From positions 37,476 to 101,475 of the forward strand of contig DAOVJY010000005.1 of assembly GCA_030632085.1 (NCBI GenBank): a stretch of 64,000 nucleotides of DNA, read 5' to 3'. The stretch is from Candidatus Omnitrophota bacterium (GTDB lineage: Bacteria; Omnitrophota; Gorgyraeia; JAGLLT01). The notes under the pieces are model-generated. The model was given only the letters and a program-made list of their open reading frames with translations, searched no databases and was not told the origin of the DNA. Position numbers and translations under genes: made by a program. Positions within the stretch are counted from its first letter, which is position 1; each line of letters opens with the position of its first letter. Of this stretch, positions 9,664-20,100 are shown in pieces.

Positions 9664-12600
9664 TTATTGTATGTTTTTAATATATGTTTTATTTTCTATT
9701 TTAATTTTCGACGGTAAAACCTTAAACATTAAATCACCGTCAATTAAAGCTGCCGGTTTTCCGTTAAGTGTTATTATTTTATCTTTCAATTCATCAGGCA
9801 AAGGAATTATAAATCCTTTTGGCGGTTTTGCCGCGCCATTTAATTCAATACTTATGATGTTGTCTTTTTCTGTAATACTATAGGATATATTTCCATATAG
9901 GGTGGGTAGATCTTTTACAAAAACTCCCTCACTAAACCAAGCGAGGTCAACCCCTGCAGCTAAAATAAGTTTGCCTTCCAGTTCATAGGCAAATATAGTC
10001 CTGACCGCGCTTATATAACCTGTACCGACCCAGGTGTGGGGCATGTCTCCTATATAAGAAGGAGCCCTGTTTTTAGCATGTACAACTTCCGCCATATGAT
10101 TCCAGGCATAAGGCCGAACAGAATCTTCGGTAAAATATCTGAGCATTATTAATGCCTTGCCCCTATCTCCCATACGAATAAAGGCGTCTGCCGAGCGAAC
10201 TTCATAAGGTGTAAATGTAACCTCGCCGCCCGGTTTTAGGCGTTTAGTAAAATCATTAAAATATTGATTAAATGTATTATCTAAGTAAGGTTGCGGCAAG
10301 TAATTTTCTTCCCCACAGGCCATAACGGCTATAGCTGTTGAAGTAGCATCAAAATCACCAAACTCCACACAGCCCGGTATATACTTTATGTCATTGTCCT
10401 TTATAACCTGCTTAATAGAAGCGTAAATATCTTTTCTAAAATCTTCTACTTCTTCTTCGAGCCACTTCGCGTTCCTCTGATCATTCATTAATTCAGCTAA
10501 ATACAGGCCATCTTTGAATCCCCTTAATATCCAAAAATCATCCCAATAGCTGTGTTTAGCCGGAAAATAACCCTCGTGGCTGTTAGACAACGGAATAATG
10601 CCATAATAAGCTTTCTTCGCGGGATCGTTTATATATTCCGCGGTCATACGCTCTCTTCTAAGCTCTCTTGAAAATTCAAGCGCCTTGATCACTTTAGGAT
10701 AAGCCTGTTTTAGATAATCATAATCATGCGAGAAGTCCACATATTGCCTTACAGCAAAGACAAATTCTCCCTGAGCATCATATTCCTGGCCTTCACCGGT
10801 TTTATCCGGATTGAAGCCTACAGGATGCCCCCCTTCAAAAAATATAAAAGGTACATACCCATTATTGGCCACATGCGGGGTAATGGCATCAAGCCAGCTT
10901 TTAACTTCATCAATATAAGCCATGCGCAACAAAGCAACGCTGGTCATAGCTCCATCTCTCATCCAAGAGTGATTATAATTTCTGGCACCCGGTTTAATCC
11001 AGGGGCCATCCTTATTTAGAAGAACATAAGCAATGTTAGTTTTCATAACATTTATAAGCCGTTCTTCCGGAATATCAATGGTAAATTTACTCAATAAATT
11101 ACTCCAATAGCGTCTTTCTTTTTCCATTTCCTTTTTAAAGAATCTGTCAGGATTTGCCGCTATTTTTTCAAGCAGTTGATTATTGGAACTCAAAGGAAAG
11201 ACTACAATCACATCTTTATAGCTTCCGGGTTTTAAATTGATGTCGTAAACCGCGCCAAAAGATACCCTGCCCTCGCCGTCTGAAGCTGTAAGCGAAGACG
11301 GTACTTTTCCTTTTTCAAGATAAGAAATAATATCATCGTTATCAAAATTAACAGCTCCCATTTTTTGAGGCTGTGTTACCAAGAAACATTTAGCTTCCCC
11401 GTTTACTTTTATGAGAGACTTCTTATCCCTCTTGATACATATGGCCTCTTTTATGGGGCTAAAACCGCCCCTTTGCCAAATTGGATTAACTTGTATGGGC
11501 CTGGCGGCTAAAGCTAATTTGGCCCGTAAATCATTCTTCTTCTTGTTGGTTAGTCTGTATCTTACCGCCGTATATGCTTCTTTGGGCTCACCAAAAGATA
11601 TAAGCTGAATATTAAGATTCCAATCATTATTCTGCCAGCTTACCCAGGGAAGAGGTAAGATTTTATCTATCAATCCCTGGCTGCACTTACAATCCTCCGC
11701 TGTATACAGCTTGTTATCCGTATAAATAAAAGGCATAACGCTAAATCCTGATTTATATGGTTCAATGGTGCCTGTTTCTGTAATGAGGCTTTCTTCGTCG
11801 CCATCAACAACTCCGGTTATAGTCCAAAATTCCTGAATACGCCGCAACCACATAGGATAATAGCCAGGCTTGGCATCTTTGGCAACCGCCTGATATTCTT
11901 TTAAAGCCGTAGCTTGTTCTTCTTTACTTTTTAACTCAATTTCAGCTAATTGAAACCCTCCTGATTTTTCATTTGGCTTAAGACAATTAATACGTATATA
12001 TTTAACCGGTTTAGCTGAAAAATAAACCCAGTCTTTATTACCATTTCCCTTTTTTGTCTTAAATGCTTCTGCCCAATTTTTACCGTCTTTTGATATATCA
12101 ATTGAATAACTTTTAGCGTAATTATCCAACCAGAGAAGCTGCAGGCCCCCAATTGTTACTGTTTTGGGTAGTTCAAAAGTAATAACGGCTTTATCTTCCC
12201 GGCTTTGCCAATAACTGCTTTTGTCGCCGTCCATAGCAAGCTCGGCAAAACTGGCCTCTGTTGTATTATCAGCCTCTGCCCGAGGGCCATTAGAGCCTTC
12301 ATGAAATTCAATTTCCCAGAATGAAAAACCCCAACCTGTTCCTCTTTGGATACCATTAAAACGCAAACTTTTTACCAATTGGGGCGTAAAATAAATAATA
12401 TCTGTATTGCCGTCGCCATCTTCCGTGCTATAAACAGTTTTAAATTCTTTTCCATCTTCAGATACATCTATTTCATAAATTTCACCATAAGCTGTTTCCC
12501 AGTGGAGCGTTAGGCCGTAAAGCTCTTTGGCTTTCGGAAAATCTATCTGCCAATACTGATCATCTTCAAAGGAGCTGCTCCAGCGAGTACCATAATCGCC

Positions 12601-13110
12601 ATCTACCGCCTTCATTGGGCCCATGTCACCGGCACCCGATGATGCCCCTATAACTGCTTTTTTTGGAGGTTCTTTATTTATGGCAACTTCCCAGAGAGAG
12701 TTGCCCCATTCAGTAGCTTTTTCATTAAAAACAATTTTTACATATTTGGCTTTTTGAGGAAGATTAAAGACAATGATTTCCGAAGCTCCGGATCCTTCTG
12801 TCTGATGATGCGCGTCTATCCAATTTTCAGCATTATTAGATAAAAAGATATTGTAATCCTTAGCGTAAGCCGCCTCCCAGTACAATAAAATGTTTTTTAT
12901 TTCTTCTTCCTGCCCTAAATCAATTAGAAGCCATTGAGGATTTGAAAACTCACTGGCCCAGCGCGTTTGTAAATCGTTATCAATCGCTAGCGCGGCTTTG
13001 AAATCTTTTTCGCTGGATGAAGCGCTTATCTGCCACTCAGCGGCACTTGCCGCATGAAAACAAACAACCGCGCAAATAATTGTTAAAACTATCTTCTTAA
13101 TAATTCCCAC
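9664..13110 (-). CDS. Third paralogue: secreted protein with three F5/8-type-C domains and (alpha/alpha)6 glycoside-hydrolase-like domain
   Basis: Three discoidin-like repeats (ALAIDNDLQTRWASEF, MKAVDGDYGTRWSSSF, ELAMDGDKSSYWQS); C-terminal HSWMRDGA and YWDDFWILRGF motifs shared with the other two paralogues. Confidence 0.6.
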   Translation of the reverse strand: MGIIKKIVLTIICAVVCFHAASAAEWQISASSSEKDFKAALAIDNDLQTRWASEFSNPQWLLIDLGQEEEIKNILLYWEAAYAKDYNIFLSNNAENWIDAHHQTEGSGASEIIVFNLPQKAKYVKIVFNEKATEWGNSLWEVAINKEPPKKAVIGASSGAGDMGPMKAVDGDYGTRWSSSFEDDQYWQIDFPKAKELYGLTLHWETAYGEIYEIDVSEDGKEFKTVYSTEDGDGNTDIIYFTPQLVKSLRFNGIQRGTGWGFSFWEIEFHEGSNGPRAEADNTTEASFAELAMDGDKSSYWQSREDKAVITFELPKTVTIGGLQLLWLDNYAKSYSIDISKDGKNWAEAFKTKKGNGNKDWVYFSAKPVKYIRINCLKPNEKSGGFQLAEIELKSKEEQATALKEYQAVAKDAKPGYYPMWLRRIQEFWTITGVVDGDEESLITETGTIEPYKSGFSVMPFIYTDNKLYTAEDCKCSQGLIDKILPLPWVSWQNNDWNLNIQLISFGEPKEAYTAVRYRLTNKKKNDLRAKLALAARPIQVNPIWQRGGFSPIKEAICIKRDKKSLIKVNGEAKCFLVTQPQKMGAVNFDNDDIISYLEKGKVPSSLTASDGEGRVSFGAVYDINLKPGSYKDVIVVFPLSSNNQLLEKIAANPDRFFKKEMEKERRYWSNLLSKFTIDIPEERLINVMKTNIAYVLLNKDGPWIKPGARNYNHSWMRDGAMTSVALLRMAYIDEVKSWLDAITPHVANNGYVPFIFFEGGHPVGFNPDKTGEGQEYDAQGEFVFAVRQYVDFSHDYDYLKQAYPKVIKALEFSRELRRERMTAEYINDPAKKAYYGIIPLSNSHEGYFPAKHSYWDDFWILRGFKDGLYLAELMNDQRNAKWLEEEVEDFRKDIYASIKQVIKDNDIKYIPGCVEFGDFDATSTAIAVMACGEENYLPQPYLDNTFNQYFNDFTKRLKPGGEVTFTPYEVRSADAFIRMGDRGKALIMLRYFTEDSVRPYAWNHMAEVVHAKNRAPSYIGDMPHTWVGTGYISAVRTIFAYELEGKLILAAGVDLAWFSEGVFVKDLPTLYGNISYSITEKDNIISIELNGAAKPPKGFIIPLPDELKDKIITLNGKPAALIDGDLMFKVLPSKIKIENKTYIKNIQ

Positions 13111-13203
13111 AATTATCTCCTTATTATTTATTTTATCTTTGGGTGTTCTTTGAGTTGTTCTACGGGCAATAGCATGGTTTATCTTTGATGCGTAAATAAA
13201 TTT

Positions 13204-14163
13204 TTATCTCACAAAGATGTCATACCCTCTTTGAGGAGGCTGCTTTTCTTCTTTTGAGATTTTTGGCTTGGCTGTTTTCGTTGTCGCGGAAACTGATTTT
13301 GCTTTCGGGTAGGCTTTTTTTACTTCTGTTTTTTTGATTTTGGTTTTCTTTGTTTCATTTACATTGTTGATAAGCAGATAAGACCCTTCAAATGTATAGC
13401 CTCGTTCAATTGATTCCTCTTTTTTAGTTTGTTTTTTAGGTTCATTTGTTTCTTCGCGTTGCCGCCAACTTTTTTTAACAATTTTATCTTGTGCTGATTT
13501 CTCTACATTTTTTTGGGAAGTATACTTCGGTTTATCTTGTGTTTCCTTTACGTCATTAACAACTAAAGAGGAACCTTCAAATACATATCCTTTTTGAATT
13601 TCGGTTGTTTCCGGTTTGGGCATTCTTGCGCGTTTAATCTTTTTAACCCTGGGTATCTTTTTTGCTTTAGGTTGTTTTTGTGTTTTGATTTGTTGCGCCG
13701 CTTTTTTTGTTTCTTTCGTTTCTTTCTTCGGAGCCGCCATCAAATCATAACCTCTTTTAATCTCGGAGCCGCTATCGGTTTTTTCTATTCTCCGGGTTTT
13801 CATTTGCTCTCCGGCTTTGCTGTCACTTTGGCGGATGTACTTTTTCATATTGGGATGGCTGGTTAAATCAAGGGCTTCTTGCCATTGCTCTCTGGCCTCT
13901 TTGAGTTTTCCCTGCTTGTACAACGCGTTGCCTTTCTCAAAATATAACCTGGCTACAGTTTCTCTTTTTTCGTTTTCTTTTGTTATCTTCTGATTTTCTA
14001 TTTCAAGATCAACCCTGTCAATGTTCCCTTGGGCCTGTTTGATAAGTTCTTTTAAGCTTAATGTATAACCGTCGTTACCATTATCATCGCCGCCCGCGAT
14101 AGCTAATCCCGCTAAAGACATGGTGAATATACTTATTAAAATTAAAGCTAATATCTTTTTCAT
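13204..14163 (-). CDS. Secreted Lys-rich protein with TPR-like segment and internal RGY-x-FEGS repeats
   Basis: Signal peptide; repeated RGYDL / KGYVFEGSSLVVNDVKET / RGYTFEGSYLLINNVNET / RGYDIF units. No family assignment. Confidence 0.4.
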   Translation of the reverse strand: MKKILALILISIFTMSLAGLAIAGGDDNGNDGYTLSLKELIKQAQGNIDRVDLEIENQKITKENEKRETVARLYFEKGNALYKQGKLKEAREQWQEALDLTSHPNMKKYIRQSDSKAGEQMKTRRIEKTDSGSEIKRGYDLMAAPKKETKETKKAAQQIKTQKQPKAKKIPRVKKIKRARMPKPETTEIQKGYVFEGSSLVVNDVKETQDKPKYTSQKNVEKSAQDKIVKKSWRQREETNEPKKQTKKEESIERGYTFEGSYLLINNVNETKKTKIKKTEVKKAYPKAKSVSATTKTAKPKISKEEKQPPQRGYDIFVR

Positions 14164-17100
14164 TTCTCCCCGCTCCTTTGTATTTCATTTATTATATTCT
14201 GCCAGAGCTTTCGAGCATCTTCTAATCTTCCTTCCCGGCAATATTTATGGGCTAGCTCGTCTTGTTCTTTTAACTCCCGCTCAAAACAGACTTTCTCTTT
14301 AACATAGTCCTTTTCCTGAATATATAAAGCTCTGGCTTGATTATACACCTGAGCGTAAAGCAGCCTGGCCTCTTTTAGGTAGCCGTCTTTTTGTAATTGT
14401 TTGGCTTTTTTAAGTTGGCTATTAAGTTCTTTAATTAGAATATCGTTTTTCTCGGCGCGCTCAAAAGCCCACTTATCTATATCTTTCCTGAGTTGTTTCT
14501 CTTTGGACTTATCTTTCTCTCTCTCTGACCTGTCGTAGAACTTACCTGTCACCCTGATAAAAGGCCCATGAGATGTGTAATCAAGGTGGGTTAAGTCGTC
14601 ATTAAAGTCGGTAAAGTTATAACCCAGGCCTAATTCGGCGTAGGGGCCGATTTGACGACTGATCTCCAAGAGAGCGCCTTGTTTGTAATCTTTGGCTTGC
14701 TTTTGTTTTAAGAACCTGTATTCGGCTCCTATTTTCCAGTTGTTATCTACAAAATAGTTTAGCCTGTTGACACTTAAAAAGGTCTGGCTTTCGGTAAAAT
14801 CAAAACCTGTCACTCTTTCATCAGTCATTTTAAGGGCTACTTTTTCTACCAGCTGCCATTTTCTCGATAAGTCATAGGCGCCCTCAGCAGCTATAACATG
14901 GGCTTTTTCTTCTTCTATGTTTTCATAGTCATCCTGTGATGAAGGTGAATCATTCCTTAAATATGTATATTTACTAAAGAAGTTCAACTTATCACAGGTA
15001 ACCGGCCTGTAAGCGGCCGCTAAAGAAAATTCCTGATAGAGGCCTTGTCTGGTATCTGCCGTGGTGTTATCGCTTTGAGACAGATTCGCCTTGGCGAAAA
15101 GAGTCGTGTTTTCGTTGGGTTTTAACTCTAGGGCATTATAAGAGAGATACTGCCTGGCATTCTCCCGGGACTTATCAACTCTCAATTCCAGTTTACTGGA
15201 GGCTTTAAACCAGTCATTATCAACATAACTTCCGCCTAAACTTATAGCGTTTCTTTTTGTTTGGGTGCCGTCTAAGTTTTGAACCTCGCCGCGCTCAAAT
15301 TGAACAAAACCGGCGGCCTTATCATTAATATCACCTGATAAGCCGAGGATATTAGTATTGGTCTTTTCGCCTTCTAATAAAGATTTTTCTTCTTCCATTT
15401 TGAATTCCATGCCGTTTTCAAATTTTCTTTTCGTTCCGGTAACCTGAGAATATTTTTTACCTTCTAACTCATCGTGGGAGACGGTATAGGTGTGATATAT
15501 CTCATCGCCCTCATCGCCTTTGGCCCGGGTAGTTAAAGAAAAACTATTATCGGTAGATGAGCTGCCGAAACGGCCTATGGCATAGTCACCTAAAACCTCT
15601 AATTTATCAGTTATGTTATAACTGGCGCCCAAGTTGGTAGCCGCGCCCTTGGTGCCCAGGGCCTGTTTAGCCCTTAAGGTCAGGTTTTCATTTATTTTAG
15701 TTTGGATACCGGCCGTTGTCTGGTTGTTAGTCTCGCCCTTCAGGGTGGTTTGCTGCCCCAGAGATAAAATAACATCTTCGGTTAATTTATAATCGGCCTT
15801 TAAAGCCAGAAGGTCTATGTCCGCGTTAGATTCAGACTCATAGGCGGCAATAACGCCTTCGGCTTTCTGGTGGCGGTATTCGCCGGTAAATTTTAATTTT
15901 TCTAGTTTATGAGTAATCTGAGCTGATGTAGTCTGGGTTTTATTGGCGCCTACCTGCAGGGAGCTTTGAGCGTTGCCGCCATCTATGAGCTCCTGGGTAT
16001 CATGGCGTAAAGCAATGTGGGTATTATCCGTCAGGTTATAAGTTAATTTACCACCGGTAAGCTCTTTACCTTGTTCCTGCGCGGTGCTTATGGAAGAAAA
16101 GTTATCTTCAACTTTCTTATAATAAGCCTCAAGGCCCAGATCTTTGATTATATAGGAACTTAAACTGAGGCCATAGGCTCTTCCTCTGGCGGCTTCATCG
16201 CTTAGAAGCTCGCTAAAAGAAAGGCCGCCATCGGTAGAGATATAGCTGGATAGTTCTTTCGAGCGGCTTTCGGCGTATTCGGCGGTAATGGTGGTTTTAT
16301 CGCCCAGCCTCAAAGAAGCGTCTGTGCCGGCTAACTGATAGTTGTTGTCCACCTGTTCTTCTTTAACATAGGTACCGCCCACCGAGAGATAGTCGCCCAG
16401 CGCCTGTTCAACGCGGCCGCCATAAATACCTCTGTCATATTTGTCTTTTGTTTCATATTCATAGTCTACAGTTACATAGACGGGATTACCGTTAAGTAAA
16501 TAGTTTGAGATAATAGTATCTGACTCGGTTATATGCGATATTGGCTGCCAGAAGATAATCCGGCCGTTATCATAATCTATCTCATAGTCAAAACCTTCGT
16601 CCTGCTCCATAGCGGCCAGAACAAGGCCGCTTATCTTGTCTCTGACTTCAATGGTTATCTTTTCAGACCCCTCTATAACTCTCTTATGTTTAAGGTAGAA
16701 TAAGGAGCCGCCGGTCCCTAAAAACTCAACGTGGGCCGCTTGCTGCTGAGCCCTGGCCTTAAAGGCGATTAAATGGGTTAACGGTTGTCCGAACTTAGTT
16801 TTAGAAACTGACTCATAGTCTAACTTGGCGCCATAGAGGCTGCGTTTAAAGCTCGCTATATCGGTATCGGTAAAGTCGATTACATAATTGCCCCAGGTAA
16901 ATGAAGACTTATCCCATTCAACTAATAAGTAGAGAGCTCCCTGGGTTTGGGTGGCTTGATAATCAATAGTTGAGGTATCTCCATAAATTGGGTAATATTT
17001 ATCCGGATCTAAATTGCGGAAGAGTTCTTTTTGTTTGCGGTCTGTGTCCAGACTTGAAGTGATTAAAAACTTGCCCAGGATTTTGCCTTTTAGATAGTAG

Positions 17101-20100
17101 GCCAGTTTGCCTTCAGACCAGAAGCCTTCCTGATACTTATCGTCATGCCGGATGGGCTCTATGCTACCGGAATGGAAGGTGTAGCCCGCCTTGGCGTCTC
17201 CCATAGCTATAAAGAAAAGATAGCTGTCGTTGACTGAGAGTTTTTTAGTGGTAGTTACCTGTTTGCCGGCGGCATCGGTTCCGCTCACGAAAACTTTATG
17301 CTCTCCTTCCGGAATTATTAATTCATATTCGCTGTTTTGGTTTTGAGTTATAGAATCGGCATCAATTTTTTTTCCATCAACATAAATAACATCTACCGGG
17401 TTTTTGTCGCCTGAATAATTAATAACTTTTGTTTCAAAAATCTCTGTATTTTTAATTAAAAGAGTGTCGCCTTCAACTTTAATGGTTTGTTTCTTGAGAG
17501 AGTTTCCGGCGGCTTCTTTTTTAAGCCACTTGTTTTTCAGCTTTTCTTCTTTTGTTTTTGATAGCTGAGAGCTGACAGCTGATGACTGATAGCTGACGAC
17601 TGAAAGCTTCTTTTCTTTTGTTGTATCCTGCCTGCCATTTTTACCAGTTACGATCAAAACATATACATAATTCCTGTTAGATGTTAAATGCTGAACGCTG
17701 GATGCTTTTGCGTCGGACGTCCGGCGTCGGACGTCTAACTCTCCATTCCAATAAACGGGTTTATTTATATTAAAGCTGTCGCCTCTAAATATCTTCACTA
17801 TTTCTCTGGTGTCTTTGTCTAAAATCTCTATCCGCCATCTTTTAATAAATAGCGAATAATTCGTAAATATTCTAAATTCATAATCAGCTTTCAGCTTTCC
17901 TTCTTTTGTTTTTTTGCTTTTCCTATCCGCTATCCGCTCTACGCTATCCGCTATTTGCCTTGTGTCTTGTGTCTTGTGACTTATAACTTGTGATGGGTAT
18001 AAACTCACATTAAGCCTTGGTTTGGCCGTTTCCTTTTTCTGTATTATTTTTACTTGTGACTGGTGTCTTGTGTCTTGCCTGTGCCCGTCAGGGTATGACT
18101 TATTTTCAGTGTTCACCCCAAAATTTACCTTGGCCAGTAAACCGTTGGTTATATCTACAACAACAACTTTATCCGTAGTTAAGTAAGCGCCTTCGGGCAG
18201 GGTGCTTTCATCTAATCTAAGGAGATGCCTTCCGGGCCTTACGGCCGGAATATGATATCTGCCGTTTTTATCGGTGGTGACTACGGTGCCGTCCTCCATA
18301 ACAATCCGGACATAGGCAATACCTGATTCCGAATTGATAGATGCTGGATGTCCGATGTCCGACGATAAAGCCCCCTGCTTTCTGTTTTTGTCGGACGCTA
18401 TTTTTTTAGTGAGTTGATTAGATTGTTGGTTTTGGCGGCTATTTCGTTGCACAGATTCAGTAAATCCTTCGCCTTTCCATCCTGAAGATACTGAAGTCGA
18501 ACTGCTATTTTGAGCAAGGTCATTACTTCGTACAGGGAACCCCTTGCTTGATAAAGGAACTGAATAAATACTTTGTTGTGATAACAACCCTTCCCTTCCG
18601 CTATGTTCAACGGTACTGAAACTACCGCTCTCTGTAGTTGAGATATCATGCCGAATTATTCCTTGTTTGGAAAATTCTTCGTTATTTTGTAAATTTTCTC
18701 TGTTAGTTCCATCCCTTTCTGCCATACTTCCAACTTCTCGAATTGATACTCCATTTTTCGCTCCTTTTTGACATCCGACATTCGACGTCGGGCATCTAAC
18801 ATTATCTTGATAGCCGTTTTCATTCTTATCCCAAAAGACCTTACCGATAAGATTACCTAAATCAAAGAGAGGGTCGAGGGTTATCTTGACTGTGGCCGAG
18901 TCTTTATTGGAGATAACCGTCTCGTCGGAGTATCTGGCCCAGGCCCTGTTTTCATAGTTGCCCTGGGTAACGCCGGAACCTATTATCAGCTGGTACTTTA
19001 GGGTTCTGGTTGTTTGAGCATTAACTGTGCCTATGTCGAATAATAAGGCGGTTGAGCCTTTAGGGTTAACGGGTATATTATCCAGGATGGCTTTGCCGCT
19101 TACATACTTAAAGCCTCCCGGAATCCTGTCTTCTAAGAAGACGTTTTTAACATCTGTTGAGCCGATGTTCTTGATGGTGACGGTATAGGTGACGATATCG
19201 CCTATGACGGCCTCTTTTTTATTAGCTTCCTTCTTAATTTTCAGCAAGAGGTTGTTAGAGTCCATGGGGTGATCCATCTCTATGATAACCCCGGCGACGG
19301 TAAAGACCTCTCCTTTAGAGCCGGTGACTATCACCCTTCCCGTAGAAAAGGTTGTCTTTTTAGAAGGATATGTATACCCCGGGGCTTCCACGGTGATATA
19401 GAAGTTGGCGTTGGCGCATAAGAAGCTGTAGGCGCCATCGGTGCCTGTCGTCTGGGGGTTAAGGTCACTGCCGGCTATGTCTGTCCCCGGCACGCAGAGC
19501 GTACCGTTCTGATTATAGATAGTTACAATAGCGTTAGCTATGGGTTCGTTGGTGGTTGAATCAAAGACGATACCGAAGGGATCGGTGAAACTATAACTAA
19601 CAACGTCGCTGGCGGTACCGGCAACGGTAACGGTTAGATAGTTAGTGCCCTTTACAAGCGAGGAGGTATAGCTGGAACTAACTATGCTCCAGGTACCATC
19701 CGCGGCGGTAACAGTAGCTGCCACATCCGTTAAAAGCAGGTTGCCGTCGGCGTCCCAGGCTGAGACTGTCACATTTTGCCCCGCTAATCCGGAACCTGAT
19801 AAAGCGGGCTTTGCGCTGCTGATCTTATCTCCGTCAACAGGTGAAGTAATCGTCGGAACTTGATTGGTGGTGGTGGGAACTACTACTGTAACGTTAACAG
19901 GAGCGCCTAAAGTAGCCCCGACATCCGCCCTGATATTATTAGCTCCCGCGGCCAGAGTAGCGCTATAGTCGGCCTGCCGTACTATATAATTACCGTTGGC
20001 ATCGGCGGTTACCTGAGCAACGGTCTGATAAGCGGCGGCTCCAACCGTGCCTTTTATAGTTACCGTATCACCCGCTCCGGAAGAACCTCTTATGGTTGGC

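Noticed and set aside
18347-18797. Diversity-generating retroelement (the four-helix-bundle protein resembles Avd accessory proteins)
   Set aside because: No reverse transcriptase gene and no template/variable repeat pair could be seen in the window; the repeat family looks MITE/IVS-like instead.
18347-18797. Intein or intron as explanation for the in-frame insertion in the giant gene
   Set aside because: The host-frame translation is low-complexity Ser-rich with no intein splicing blocks or homing-endonuclease motifs, and no intron structure is evident by eye.
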